Shown here: piece by piece, positions 40,123 through 50,109 of the stretch
Layout of the letters: each line of letters begins with the position of its first letter
How positions within the stretch are numbered: position 1 is the first letter of the stretch
NCBI GenBank assembly: GCA_963822965.1
Contig: CAWGJT010000005.1
Location: forward strand, 224,001-288,000
Source of the DNA: an uncultured delta proteobacterium
GTDB taxonomy: Bacteria; Myxococcota_A; UBA9160; UBA4427
DNA length: 64,000 nucleotides
Direction: 5' to 3'
The notes under the pieces: model-generated
The model's database searches: none
Told to the model about the DNA's origin: nothing
The model's input: the letters and a program-made list of their open reading frames with translations, nothing else
Translations under genes and position numbers: made by a program

Positions 40123-40604
40123 TCCATGACGTCCCGGGCCCGGCCCACCTCTTCCAGTGTGCCGTGCGCCACCAGCAGGTACTTGTCCGAGCGCAGGGCG
40201 GTCTCGTAGCGCAGCACGCTGTCCCGGGGAATCCCGATGCTGTAGAGACCGGCTCCGATCGCGCTCAGCCCGCCCACCACCGCGGCGCCCTCCAGGGCCC
40301 CGACGATCGCCGAGACCAGTGGGCCACCCACGAGCACCGCGCCGATGCCGGGCACCCAGAAGAACGCGGCGCCGAAGAGCACGCCCCACAGCCCGCCCCA
40401 GAAGGCGCCGAGCTTCCCCCAGTAGGCCATCCGGTCGCCGGCGTTGTAGTAGCCAACCACGTGCTGCTCGGTGTGGTAATCCTTCCCGATGATCGACAGT
40501 TGCTTCATGGAGAAGCCCGAGCGCTCCAGGGCCTTCACCGCGTCCTCCGCCTTCAGGTGCGAATCGAACACGCCCACGACGGAGTTCTTCTTCGGCTCAC
40601 TCAT
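40083..40604 (-). CDS. General stress protein (YflT/DUF1269-like, Gly-zipper)
   Basis: SVVGVFDSHLKAEDAVKAL..SGF...LSIIGKD, GAFWGGLWG, VPGIG.VLVGGPL, GIPRD...YE. Confidence 0.85.
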   Translation of the reverse strand: MSEPKKNSVVGVFDSHLKAEDAVKALERSGFSMKQLSIIGKDYHTEQHVVGYYNAGDRMAYWGKLGAFWGGLWGVLFGAAFFWVPGIGAVLVGGPLVSAIVGALEGAAVVGGLSAIGAGLYSIGIPRDSVLRYETALRSDKYLLVAHGTLEEVGRARDVMDQAKALETAIHAA

Positions 40605-40659
40605 GTCTTCCTCCTTCGGGCCGCAGGAACGTCTGCCTGGCCCGTCTCCCTCCCGGGAG

Positions 40660-40675
40660 AGCAAGGGACGTGCCA
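40660..40675 (-). promoter_or_regulatory. sigma54 -24/-12 promoter of the stress protein gene
   Basis: Minus strand TGGCAC-GTCCC-TTGCT, full consensus. Confidence 0.8.
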
Positions 40676-40715
40676 GGGAGCGGGCCGGCTTCTGCCGCTC
40701 CCGCGTGCAGGGCGG

Positions 40716-40749
40716 GGTCCAGATCGACCGCCGGAGGCCGAAATCGACC
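40716..40749. promoter_or_regulatory. Paired 14-bp palindromes (putative enhancer/UAS)
   Basis: GGTCCAGATCGACC at 40716 and GGCCGAAATCGACC at 40736. Confidence 0.65.
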
Positions 40750-40872
40750 GCCGCGCGCCTGGACGCAGCCGGTCAGGCATGCTCTCCAGCGTCCGCGAGG
40801 ATCACTCCGCCATGGCGCGGACGTGACCGCTGGGTTCGAGCGGATCCGGCTCCTCTTCGTCCTCGGGGTCGC

Positions 40873-41457
40873 TCAGGGCGTGCGGGCCGTCCGCTCGGCG
40901 AAGAGGGCCTGCTCGAGCGCCGCGTAGAACTGCTGGTATGCGCCGGGGTCCTCGACCGGGCGCAGGTAGTACTGCGCCGAGGCGCGCACGATCAGCTGCA
41001 GGGCGTTGCGGGCCCGCACGGTCACCGTGAGGCGCACGAGGTCGCTGCGGCGCTGGAAGGGACCCCAGGTGCGGTAGGAGCGGTTGAAGACCACGAGGCT
41101 CTCGTCGTCGTAGAGCAGATAGGTGGGCAGTCCGCCGGCCCCCGGACGTTCGGCGTCGAGGAACTTCTTGCCCGAGACGATTCCCAGCGTCTCGTCGAGC
41201 ACCTCGATCTGGAAGCCCAGATCCTGGAAGGTCGCCACGACCGCCTCGATCATCTGCAACCGATCGGTCTCGTCAAAGACGCGGCTCTGGGCGTTGCGGA
41301 TCTTCACCTGGCTCGCCTCGGAGAGCCAGATCTGGCTGCGCGAATCGCTCTGGATCTCGTGGCGCTGCTCGTAGGGGACGCAGCCGCTCGCCAGGAGCGC
41401 TGCCAGCCCGCAGGCGGCGACGATCCTTCGCGCGGACCCGCTCGGGTGGATACCCAT
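40873..41457 (-). CDS. Lipoprotein, paralogue 3 (QxRxF / QDLGF family)
   Basis: LLASGC lipobox; QSRVFD...FQDLGF...LG...DPGAYQQFYAALEQALF. Confidence 0.8.
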   Translation of the reverse strand: MGIHPSGSARRIVAACGLAALLASGCVPYEQRHEIQSDSRSQIWLSEASQVKIRNAQSRVFDETDRLQMIEAVVATFQDLGFQIEVLDETLGIVSGKKFLDAERPGAGGLPTYLLYDDESLVVFNRSYRTWGPFQRRSDLVRLTVTVRARNALQLIVRASAQYYLRPVEDPGAYQQFYAALEQALFAERTARTP

Positions 41458-41461
41458 GCGG

Positions 41462-41902
41462 TCAGTTCCGATCGGCGAAGAACGACCGCTCGAGGGTCGT
41501 GAAGAAGTTGCGGTAGACCTCCGGGTCGGTCACGGGCTCGTTGTCGAAGATCGCGTTGGCGCGGATCGTGATCTGCTCGTCGTTGAGCTTGCGCACCGTG
41601 ACCGTGACGCCGACGACGTCGTAGTAGTTCGGCTCGGCGAAGCGGGCGGCGGTGACGAGACCCAGCGGCTCGTTGGCGCGCTCGATGATGAAGCCCAGGT
41701 CCTGCAGTGCCGCGATCACTCCGCGCATCGCGGTGAGCCGGTCGGAGATGTCGAAGGTCCGCGTCTGCAGGTTGCGCAGCTTCATCTGCTCTTCGGTCAC
41801 CGCGAGCAGGGCCTCGGGCTCGGGCGGCGGAGACGCGCAGGCGGCGAGCCCGGCGGCGGCGACGAGCCCGGCGATGGCGGGGCGGATCCAGCGTGCACCC
41901 AT
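41462..41902 (-). CDS. Lipoprotein, paralogue 2
   Basis: LAAC lipobox; QTRTFD...LQDLGF...LG...DPEVYRNFFTTLERSFF. Confidence 0.8.
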   Translation of the reverse strand: MGARWIRPAIAGLVAAAGLAACASPPPEPEALLAVTEEQMKLRNLQTRTFDISDRLTAMRGVIAALQDLGFIIERANEPLGLVTAARFAEPNYYDVVGVTVTVRKLNDEQITIRANAIFDNEPVTDPEVYRNFFTTLERSFFADRN

Positions 41903-41922
41903 GGCGAATCCAATCCTCCCCT

Positions 41923-42591
41923 TCAGATCTTGTGGGCCTCGAGGAAGACCGCCTTGGAGAGCCGCGCGAAGAACTGCTGGTAGATCTCGGCGTCCCGGAT
42001 CATCTCCATCTTCTGCTCGCCGGGCGGGATCACCTGATCGCCGCTCACGCCGTCGCCCTTCCAGACGAGCCGATAGAAGACGACGCGCAGCTGCTGGCGC
42101 TTGTCGTCGGCCTGGAGGGGCTGCGCGACGAGCGACGCGTTGATCTGCTGCTGCAGGTCGACGGGGAGCACCACCAGGACGCTGCGCCCGCCGAACCCGC
42201 TCAACACGAGCGTGAGGAAGGCGACGACGTCGCGTCGGATCTCCTGCCCGTACTCGCGCGCGCTGCGCTCCTTGGCGGCCCGCAGGAAGCCGAGCTCGCG
42301 GTTGCTCTCGGTGACCTGGAAGCCGAGGTCCTGCAGCACCGCCGCGGAGGCCGAGAGCAGCTCGTCCGAGCTGGGCGTCTCGAAGCGACGCGTCTGCATC
42401 GCCTTGTGGGCGGGGCTCTCGGGAGACAAGGTGAAGAGCGCGAGCGGCGTGGTCTTCGGACCCGCGCAGCCCGCCAGCAGGACGCCAGCCAGGGCGGCGG
42501 TCAGGGTGACGGCGGTGAGCCGGGCCCCGCGGCTTGCCCCGCTAGAACTGCGAGTAGTTGTACGCAAAGTCCCGCACCTTCTTGTCCTCAT
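41923..42591 (-). CDS. Lipoprotein, paralogue 1 (start may be TTG 42567)
   Basis: LLAGC lipobox; QTRRFE...LQDLGF...LG...DAEIYQQFFARLSKAVF. Confidence 0.8.
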   Translation of the reverse strand: MRTRRCGTLRTTTRSSSGASRGARLTAVTLTAALAGVLLAGCAGPKTTPLALFTLSPESPAHKAMQTRRFETPSSDELLSASAAVLQDLGFQVTESNRELGFLRAAKERSAREYGQEIRRDVVAFLTLVLSGFGGRSVLVVLPVDLQQQINASLVAQPLQADDKRQQLRVVFYRLVWKGDGVSGDQVIPPGEQKMEMIRDAEIYQQFFARLSKAVFLEAHKI

Positions 42592-42955
42592 CGAACTTGA
42601 TGATGATGGTGAGGGTCTTCTGGGTCTTGGTGCGCTGCTTCTGACTCGACGAGCCGCCGAAGATGATGATCGAGCCGCCGACCGAGTTGGAGGTGTCCAC
42701 GCTGTCGGATGACACCTTGTCGTAGATCCAGACCTCCCGGCGCTTCTCGTCGGTGGTGACGATGTTGGGCGAGCCGAGGATCTCGGCGACCGAGGCGGCG
42801 TCCATGCCCACCTTGATCTCGCCCTGGACCTTGCCCACGGTGAGCTGCTCGGCGGCCTCGGCGGGCGGTGCGGGATGCCGGCAGCCGGCCGCGAGCAGAA
42901 CGGAGACGACGAGGACGGCCAGCGCGAGGGGTCGGACGGCGCGGAATCGCTTCAT
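42542..42955 (-). CDS. SmpA/OmlA (BamE-like) lipoprotein
   Basis: LAAGC lipobox; IKVGM..ASVAEILGSPN...WIY...LTIIIKFDEDKKVRDF. Confidence 0.75.
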   Translation of the reverse strand: MKRFRAVRPLALAVLVVSVLLAAGCRHPAPPAEAAEQLTVGKVQGEIKVGMDAASVAEILGSPNIVTTDEKRREVWIYDKVSSDSVDTSNSVGGSIIIFGGSSSQKQRTKTQKTLTIIIKFDEDKKVRDFAYNYSQF

Positions 42956-42965
42956 GGCGGAGCTC

Positions 42966-42998
42966 TCCTTGCGAAGTCCTTGCGAAGTGCTTGCGACG
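42966..42998. repeat. 11-bp tandem triple repeat upstream of the lipoprotein operon
   Basis: tccttgcgaag tccttgcgaag tgcttgcgacg. Confidence 0.8.
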
Positions 42999-43079
42999 GA
43001 GCAGGAACGACCCGATGGGCCGCAACTCACGGAAGTATGACCGACCGGGAGGTAGGGTGCCGCGCGCCCGGGCCCGGAC

Positions 43080-44417
43080 TCACGAATCGGCGGGCGGATC
43101 CTCGGGCAGGCCGCGTCGGATGGTGCGCGCCACGTAGCCGGCCACCACGATCACCAGCGGAACCACCAGCAGGTAGAGCAGGTAGGGGACCCGTTCCGAG
43201 CGGGGTGCCGGCGCCTCCTCGAAGGCCGGGTTCGCCTCCAGGCGGCCGAGACCGAGGGGAAGGAAGCCGTCGACCTCGTTCTCGCGCAGGCGCCGCGCCA
43301 GGTCGTAGCGCGGCGGCCGGGCCTGCTCCGGATCGAAGTACAGCGCGAGCGGCGGCTGTAGCTCGTCCGGCGCCAGGAATCGCACCTGCTGCAGAGGCCG
43401 GCTCGCCCGGGCGGCCGCCACCGGGATCGGCTCGTCGTCGCCCTGGTCGACCATCAGCACGAGCCGCGCGGCGTCGGTCCGGAAGCCCTGGAACCCGGTG
43501 TGGACGTCTTCTCCGTATCGAAAGACGACGGTGCACGCGAGCCGGCGCGTCCGGCGCTGGCGCTCGTCGCTCCACTCCCACAGGCTGGCCGAGCGCGCGT
43601 ATCCGTCCGCCGGAATCGTGAGCGTGACGCGATCCACGCCCAGGTCCGCCTGGGGCAGGTCGAGTCGGAAGTACTGGTGGCGAGCGTCACGGTCCTGGGG
43701 ATCTTCGAAGGGCTCGAGCGCGACGGGCACGTCGAGCGTCTCGCCGCGCTCGACCGCCTGGCGCACCTTCACGCTCTCGATGGCGAGAGGCTCGGCGCCC
43801 GGCGCCAACGGCACCCGCGGCACGAACGTGAAGCGGTATTCGCGGAAGCGCGCCGTCGGGATGCGCAGCACGTCGTGGACGTAGTCGATGTCCTCGCTCG
43901 TGACCGAGTGGCGGATGAGGTGCAGGCGGTCCGCGAGGATGCCCCAGTGCTCGCCGTCGTCGCTGCCCTCGACCCGCACCAGCAGGTGGTAGTCGTCGTC
44001 GTCGATCGTGATCACGAACTCGTCCACGGGCCCGACGGTCCGGTCCGCGAGCTCGACCGAGAGCGTCTGCGTGCCGTCGGCCTGCCAGGCCCGGTTGAAG
44101 ATCACGGCCGGCCGCTCGACGACGTCCTTGCGCGCGCCCGCCGTCGCCACCAACGAGGGAATCTCGCGCCCCGCCGCGTCGAAGAGCCGCACCTCTCCTC
44201 CGGCGTCGAGCGCGGCCACGGCCTCGACGGACAGGGAGATCGAGTAGGCCCCGCTGGCGGCCATCTCTCCCTCCACCGGGGCGCGCTGCGTGAAGTCGCG
44301 CGGGGAGCGTCGCTCGACCTCCGCCGCCGTGGCCGGCGCGGCCGCCAGCAGGACGAGGAGCGCGAGCGAGAGGCTGCGGGCGACGCCGCACGGGAGCCTC
44401 GAGCCGGCCTCACGCAT
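43080..44417 (-). CDS. DUF3999-like exported protein with C-terminal membrane anchor
   Basis: Signal peptide, VRLFDAAGREIP, VEGSDDG..W, DQGDDEPI, PPRYDL, C-terminal TM; coupled to the DUF2339 gene. Confidence 0.65.
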   Translation of the reverse strand: MREAGSRLPCGVARSLSLALLVLLAAAPATAAEVERRSPRDFTQRAPVEGEMAASGAYSISLSVEAVAALDAGGEVRLFDAAGREIPSLVATAGARKDVVERPAVIFNRAWQADGTQTLSVELADRTVGPVDEFVITIDDDDYHLLVRVEGSDDGEHWGILADRLHLIRHSVTSEDIDYVHDVLRIPTARFREYRFTFVPRVPLAPGAEPLAIESVKVRQAVERGETLDVPVALEPFEDPQDRDARHQYFRLDLPQADLGVDRVTLTIPADGYARSASLWEWSDERQRRTRRLACTVVFRYGEDVHTGFQGFRTDAARLVLMVDQGDDEPIPVAAARASRPLQQVRFLAPDELQPPLALYFDPEQARPPRYDLARRLRENEVDGFLPLGLGRLEANPAFEEAPAPRSERVPYLLYLLVVPLVIVVAGYVARTIRRGLPEDPPADS

Positions 44418-46743
44418 GCTCGGTCGCCTGGCGTCGGTTCGCGTAGTACGAGCTGACGAAGAGGATCGCCGCGAAGATGATCAGCGACGACGCGCGGTAG
44501 AGCTGGTTCTGGAACTCGAGGTCGAACAGGTACACCTTGAGGGCCGTGAAGACGTAGAGCGCGTAGGCGGCGTAGAGCCGCGCCTTCTGCCCGGTTCGGA
44601 TCGCCGTCACGTAGACCCCGAAGGCCATCAGGGCATAGCTCACCGACAGGATCGACCGGTAGCTGGCGCGCTGGGCGTCGGCGGGAATGAGATCGGCGAA
44701 CGGCGGCGCGTGGGTGATCGCGAAGGTCTCGCGCCGCAGCAGCAGCATCGCCACCACGAGCGCCGTGCCGAAGAGCAGCCCCTGGAGCTGCGCGCGAGAG
44801 AGCCCGAACGCGCGCTCGGGGGCCGCCAGGCCGAGCCAGGCCAGCAGCACCAGCAGGGGAGCCATCAGCAGCACGCCGCCGTGCAGCCACCACAGCCCGA
44901 CGCCGTCGCCCACGATGGGCACCAGCTGGCCGTAGCTGCCGGCCCACACGAGGGTCTCGAGGGTCCAGAAGACGAGGGCCACGGCGAGGAACAGGCTCGG
45001 CAGCCAGGCCAGCGCCTGGCTCCCGAGCGAGCGCATCGCGGCCACCCACAGCCCGAAGATCACCGACACGAGCAGCCCTGCACGCACCAGGGACTGCAGG
45101 CTGCCCGAGCCGTGGGGAAGCAGGGCGTAGCGGGCGACGCGCGCGGCCTCGCCGTCCACCGCGGCGACCAGCAGCAGGCCGCCGATGCCCATCAGCACGC
45201 CGACGGGCAGACCCGGCAGCCGCACCTGGGGCGCGCGGGCGAGCAGCCGCGACACCATCGCGAAGGTCACCACCGCGGCGAAGGGCGGCCAGCTGCGCAG
45301 CTCCGCGAAGGGGATGTAGCGGGTGCCCTCGCCCGCCCAGGTCGTCGAGACGAGCTCGTCGAAGGCCACCAGCCGGATGATCACGATGGCCAGCATGGCC
45401 AGCACGTGCCCGCGCAGGAAGGCGAAGCGCGGCTGGGTGCACGCCCACGCCAGCAGCACGGTCTCGCCGCACCACACCAGGGTGATCCAGTGGCCGCTCG
45501 CCAGGTAGGGAGTGGCCAGCAGCAGGAAGCCCGCCGCCGAGCCGGCGAACACCCGCAGGCAGCGCGTGTCGAGCACCGGCTCCCGCGTGAGGCGCGAAGA
45601 CACCACCGCGTACAGCAGCGCCACCCCGGCGGCCACCAGCCCGAGCCAGGCGCGGTGCTCGTGCTCCAGAGCGACGACCGCGAACACGAAGTGCGCCACG
45701 CCGTTGGCCACCGTCAGGACCTGCCCGAAGAGGTCGATGGGCTCGTGCAGGCGCAGGCTGCGCCAGGTGGGGATGGCGGCGAACGACAAGAAGAAGGCCG
45801 CCAGGAAGGGCAGCAGCCAGTGCAGCTGCAGCCAGCGCGTGGCGCCGGGGTGCTGGTCGAACGCCAGCACCCAGCTGCTGGTGTACGCGACGGTGAGCGC
45901 GAAGGCCATCCACTTGAGCGGCTGCCAGTTGCGCCGGTAGGCGATGGCGAAGACGCCCGCGTTCAGCACCAGCAGATAGCTCGACAGGAACGCGTAGTTG
46001 CCGCTGCCCGTGCTCGCCAGCGCCGGGGCCAGGTAGCCGCCGACCAGCCCCCACACGGCCAGGACCAGCGAGTCGTAGCGGAGCGACTGGGCCACCACGA
46101 AGGCGGTGGCCACCACGTAGAGGCCGAACGCCACGGGCGGCGGGATCACCCCGTACTGCTGCTGACCGAACCAGACCGCGATGAAGATCACGCCGTTGCC
46201 GGCGGACACCAGGCCCGAGGCGAATCGGTGCCAGCCGCGCCGGGCGTAGACCTCCCCCGCACCGACCAGCAGCGCACCGACGACGAGACCGAGGGCGACT
46301 CGTCCGGTCGGGCCGATCCAGCCGCTGTCCACCGCATAGCGGAAGACGATGGCCGCCCCGAAGATCATGCTGAGGGCGCCGAGCTTGTTGAGCGGATTGC
46401 CCTCGGTGAGGAACTCACGCAGCCAGCGCACGACGATCTGCCCGAAGGACGGCCCGGAGCGCGCCCTGCGCGCGGGCGCCCGCGCGGCGGCCCGGCCCGC
46501 GGCGGCGGCGGATGCCGAGGAGGCGGCGACGGATGCGGAGGCGGCGGAGGAGGAGGAGGCGGAGGCGGGCCGGCCGGGCGCCGCCGGCTGGACCGCGGCT
46601 GGACCCGGCGCGCCCTCGGGCCGCGGCGGCGTCGCATCCCCCTCCAGACGGAGCAGCCGCTCGTGCAGCTGGGCGACGCTTCCCTCGACCCGGGCGAGCG
46701 CGGCGCGGAGGGCCGCCAGCTCTTGCCGTTCCTCGTCGGTCAT
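44410..46743 (-). CDS. DUF2339 integral membrane protein
   Basis: N-terminal coiled coil, NKLG...FRYAVDSGWIGPTGRVALG, GGYLAPAL.STG, KVYLFDL; many TM helices. Confidence 0.85.
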   Translation of the reverse strand: MTDEERQELAALRAALARVEGSVAQLHERLLRLEGDATPPRPEGAPGPAAVQPAAPGRPASASSSSAASASVAASSASAAAAGRAAARAPARRARSGPSFGQIVVRWLREFLTEGNPLNKLGALSMIFGAAIVFRYAVDSGWIGPTGRVALGLVVGALLVGAGEVYARRGWHRFASGLVSAGNGVIFIAVWFGQQQYGVIPPPVAFGLYVVATAFVVAQSLRYDSLVLAVWGLVGGYLAPALASTGSGNYAFLSSYLLVLNAGVFAIAYRRNWQPLKWMAFALTVAYTSSWVLAFDQHPGATRWLQLHWLLPFLAAFFLSFAAIPTWRSLRLHEPIDLFGQVLTVANGVAHFVFAVVALEHEHRAWLGLVAAGVALLYAVVSSRLTREPVLDTRCLRVFAGSAAGFLLLATPYLASGHWITLVWCGETVLLAWACTQPRFAFLRGHVLAMLAIVIIRLVAFDELVSTTWAGEGTRYIPFAELRSWPPFAAVVTFAMVSRLLARAPQVRLPGLPVGVLMGIGGLLLVAAVDGEAARVARYALLPHGSGSLQSLVRAGLLVSVIFGLWVAAMRSLGSQALAWLPSLFLAVALVFWTLETLVWAGSYGQLVPIVGDGVGLWWLHGGVLLMAPLLVLLAWLGLAAPERAFGLSRAQLQGLLFGTALVVAMLLLRRETFAITHAPPFADLIPADAQRASYRSILSVSYALMAFGVYVTAIRTGQKARLYAAYALYVFTALKVYLFDLEFQNQLYRASSLIIFAAILFVSSYYANRRQATEHA

Positions 46744-46958
46744 CTCTCGCGCTCCTCGCGATCGAGGGTCCCGCAGCGAAGGAAGTGCCCGACCGGTCTC
46801 GCGACCTCGCCGGATCGAGCGCCGAGGGTATGCGAGCCGGGCCGGGGAAGGAAGGCCGCCCGGCGGCGCAGCCGGCGCGGGGCGATGGTCCGTCGGGGAC
46901 GTTCGTCGGCCTTGACGTTCACGCGACTCGTGTGCTCGACTGAACTCCGACGCCGGAG

Positions 46959-47003
<45 letters not shown>

Positions 47004-47022
47004 AGAGACGGCCATCCAACCC

Positions 47023-47564
47023 GTGAAGACGACCTTTCTGTGTGTCGTCCTCGTCCTCGCATCCGCGCCGACGGCGCGGGCAACCACGACGTTCCTGGCC
47101 GACGGACGCTACATCTCGAATTTCGAAGAGGCGTGCGACGCAGACTTCGACCGCGGTGGGAACTTCTACGGTCGGATCGAGCCCTCCCCCGTCTTCTCGG
47201 ATCGCTCGACTTCGAGATCGACACCCCGACGGAGATCGATCTCACGGGCAGCGTGTCCGTGACCGGAAGTGCCAGCAACAGCAGCTTCGCCGGCTTCAGG
47301 CCGAGCTCGCTCGACTCGGGGATCATCGCCGAGGGCGGTCTGGCCGGCGAGGTCAATGGCGACGCCGACACGCCGATCGCCGTCACGACGATCCTCCAGC
47401 CCGGCCAGTACCGACTCGCGGCGTGGGCAAGCGTGATCTTCGCGGGCACCGCCGCCTACGACTTCACGATGCAATCGACCGAGGTCCCGGAGCCGAGCAT
47501 CCGACTGCTCGCTCTGACCGCCCTCGCGATGGTGGCGGGACTGCGGCGCGCCCTTCCCGCGTGA
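47023..47564 (+). CDS. PEP-CTERM sorting-domain protein (frame break near 47200)
   Basis: Signal peptide VKTTFLCVVLVLASAPTARA in one frame; C-terminal VPEPS + TM + RR in another. Confidence 0.7.
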
Positions 47565-47659
47565 CGCCGGCGCCTGAGGGCTTTCACCACCGAGACTCCG
47601 CCGGGGGCGGGCTCGCGCCGGGCGTGTTCTCCGCGTACCGTGAGCGGGAGGAGAAGTCC

Positions 47660-48670
47660 ATGAAGGTCCTGCGCACCCCCGACGAACGCTTCGCGAACCT
47701 GCCCGGCTACCCGTTCGCGCCGCACTACACCGAGGTGCCGGACGGCGAGGGGGGTCGACTGCGGATCCATCACGTCGACGAGGGGCCCCGGGACGGTGCC
47801 ATCGTGCTGTGCATGCACGGTCAGCCTTCGTGGAGCTACCTCTACCGGCACATGGTTCCGCTGCTCACGGAGGCCGGGCTGCGCGTCATCGCCCCGGACC
47901 TGGTGGGCTATGGACGCTCCGACAAGCCGGCGACGCGCGAGGACTACAGCTACGAGCGACAGGTCGACTGGATGACGGCCTGGCTGACGGCCAACGACCG
48001 GCGGGACGTCACCTTCTTCGGGCAGGACTGGGGCGGGCTCATCGGCCTGCGCCTGGTCGCCGAGAACCCGGAACGCTTCGCCCGGGTGGTGATCGCGAAC
48101 ACGGCGCTGCCGACGCCGGAAGGTGTCTCCCAGCGCCGCGCCGACGCGGTCCGCGAGTACCGCGCGAACGCGCCCACGCCGACGCTGCCCGAGGTGTTCG
48201 AGGCGTTCGGCAAGCGGGACCCGAACGCGCCGGAGCTCGCCTTCGCGCCCTGGCAGAAGTGGTGCTGGGACACCGAAGACCTGCCCATCGGGCTGGCGAT
48301 CGCCGGCGCCGTCGACGGCCGGACCCTGTCGCCCCAGGAGATCGCCGCCTACGACGCGCCCTTCCCGGACGCGAGCTACAAGATGGGGGCGCGAGCCATG
48401 CCGAGCTGCGTCCCGACGCTCTCCGACGACCCCTCCCTGGCGGCGAACCTGCGCGCGTGGGAGGTGCTGTCGAAGTGGGACAAGCCCTTCCTCTGCGCGT
48501 TCAGCGACAACGACCCCGTCACGGCGGGCGCCGAGCAGCCCTTCCTCGCGCGAGTGCCCGGGGCCGCCGGCCAACCCCACCAGAAGATCCACGGCGGCGG
48601 CCACTTCCTGCAGGAAGGCCGAGGCGACGTGCTGGCGAAGATCCTGATCGACCTCGTCGCATCGACCTGA
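47660..48670 (+). CDS. Haloalkane dehalogenase
   Basis: LRTPDERFANLPGYPF, MHGQPSWSYLYR, PDLVGYGRSDKP, QDWGG, AYDAPFP, GHFLQE. Confidence 0.93.
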   Translation: MKVLRTPDERFANLPGYPFAPHYTEVPDGEGGRLRIHHVDEGPRDGAIVLCMHGQPSWSYLYRHMVPLLTEAGLRVIAPDLVGYGRSDKPATREDYSYERQVDWMTAWLTANDRRDVTFFGQDWGGLIGLRLVAENPERFARVVIANTALPTPEGVSQRRADAVREYRANAPTPTLPEVFEAFGKRDPNAPELAFAPWQKWCWDTEDLPIGLAIAGAVDGRTLSPQEIAAYDAPFPDASYKMGARAMPSCVPTLSDDPSLAANLRAWEVLSKWDKPFLCAFSDNDPVTAGAEQPFLARVPGAAGQPHQKIHGGGHFLQEGRGDVLAKILIDLVAST

Positions 48671-48698
48671 AGAGCCAACCCGCCAGGCCGCAAGATCA

Positions 48699-49056
48699 TC
48701 GCGAAGCGCCCCAGCCCGCGACCTCCCGCTGAGGGCGTCGAGAGGGGTGCAGATTCGCGGCCCTCGGAGCGGAGCGCAGCGCAGGCAGCGAAGCGAAGCT
48801 TCGCCCCGAAGGCCGGCGGAGGCGTAGTCTTCTACGTCGAGCACGGCCGCAGCGAGAAGGTCGCGAAGATGCCGCAGCCCGCAAGCTCCCGCTGAGGGCG
48901 TCGAGAGGGGCGCAGATTCGCGGCCCTCGGAGCGGAGCGCAGCGGAGGCAGCGAAGCGCAGCTTCGCCCCGGAGGCCGGCGGAGGCGTAGTCCTCTACGT
49001 CGAGCACGGCCGAAGCGAGAAGGTCGCGAAGATGCGCCGCTATCGGCGCCCTCAGC
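48699..49056. repeat. Two tandem copies (163-bp period) of a structured palindromic intergenic element
   Basis: GCAGATTCGCGGCCCTCGGAGCGG...GGCGTAG-N4-CTACGTCGAG...GGTCGCGAAGATGC at 48749-48872 and 48912-49035. Confidence 0.92.
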
Positions 49057-49064
49057 CGGCGGCC

Positions 49065-50029
49065 TCAGCTCAGCTTGAGCATCAGCTCGATGGGCTTCAG
49101 CGCCCGAACGCGGATCTCCTCGGGCACCGTCACCTGGGGCTTCGAGATCGCGCAGGCAGAGGTAGAGCTTCTCGAGGGTGTTGAGGCGCATGTACGGGCA
49201 CTGGTTGCACGAGCAGCTCTCGTCCATGCCCGGCGCCTGGATCAGCTTCTTGCCCGGCGCCCGGCGCAGGATCTCGTGGAAGACCCCGTCCTCGGTGGCG
49301 ATGATCGACTCGCGGTCGGGGCTCGCCACCGCGCGCTCGATGATGCCGGTGGTGGACGCGATGAAGTCGGCCTGGTCGAGCACCGCCTGGTCGCACTCGG
49401 GGTGGGCCAGCACCTCGGCGTCGGGGTGCTGGATGCGCAGCTTCTCGAGCCCCTTGGCGCTGAAGAGCTCGTGCACCACGCAGGCGCCGGGCCAGACGAT
49501 GAGGTCGTCGCGGCCGGTCTGCTTGGCCGACCCAGCGCGCCAGGTGGCGGTCGGGCGCGAAGACGAGCGGCCGCCCAGCGAAGTGCTCCGATCATCTTCA
49601 CCGCGTTCGACGACGTGCAGATGAGGTCGGACATCGCCTTCACCTCGGCGGAGGAGTTGATGTAGGTGAGGACGGCGGCGCCGGGGTGCTGGTCGATGAA
49701 CTTCCGGAACTCGTCCGGGCGGACAGCCGTCCGCGAGGGAGCAGCCGGCTTCGAGGTCGGGCACCACCACCGGCTTGTCGGGGTTCAGGATCTTCGCCGT
49801 CTCGGCCATGAAGTGGACGCCGCAGAAGGCGATGACCTCGCAGTCGGCGTGCTGGGCGGCCTGGGCCAGCTTGAGCGAGTCGCCCACCACGTCGGCGAGA
49901 TCCTGGATCTCGTCCTCCTGGTAGTAGTGGGCGAGCAGCAGGGCGCGCCGCTCGCGCTTGAGCGTCGCGGATCGCCTCTTCGAGGTCGTCCGGCAGGGAG
50001 CTCTCGTGGGCTCGGTCGTGGAGACTCAC
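49065..50029 (-). CDS. nadA: Quinolinate synthase (several frameshifts)
   Basis: LLAHYYQ, GDSL.LA, FCGVHFMAETAKILNP, AGCSLAD, YINSSA, CVVHE, AHPEC, CPYMRLNTLEKL. Confidence 0.93.
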
Positions 50030-50109
50030 GCGGATTCCTGCGGGGCACGAACGGGTCGGGGGCGCGTCGGGCCTCGAGGGTAGCCGCTGCCCGACGCCTC
50101 CGTCGAAAT

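Noticed and set aside
48696..49007. Duplicated ORFs beginning MLDVEDYASAGLRGE
   Set aside because: They are translations of the palindromic repeat element, not credible proteins.
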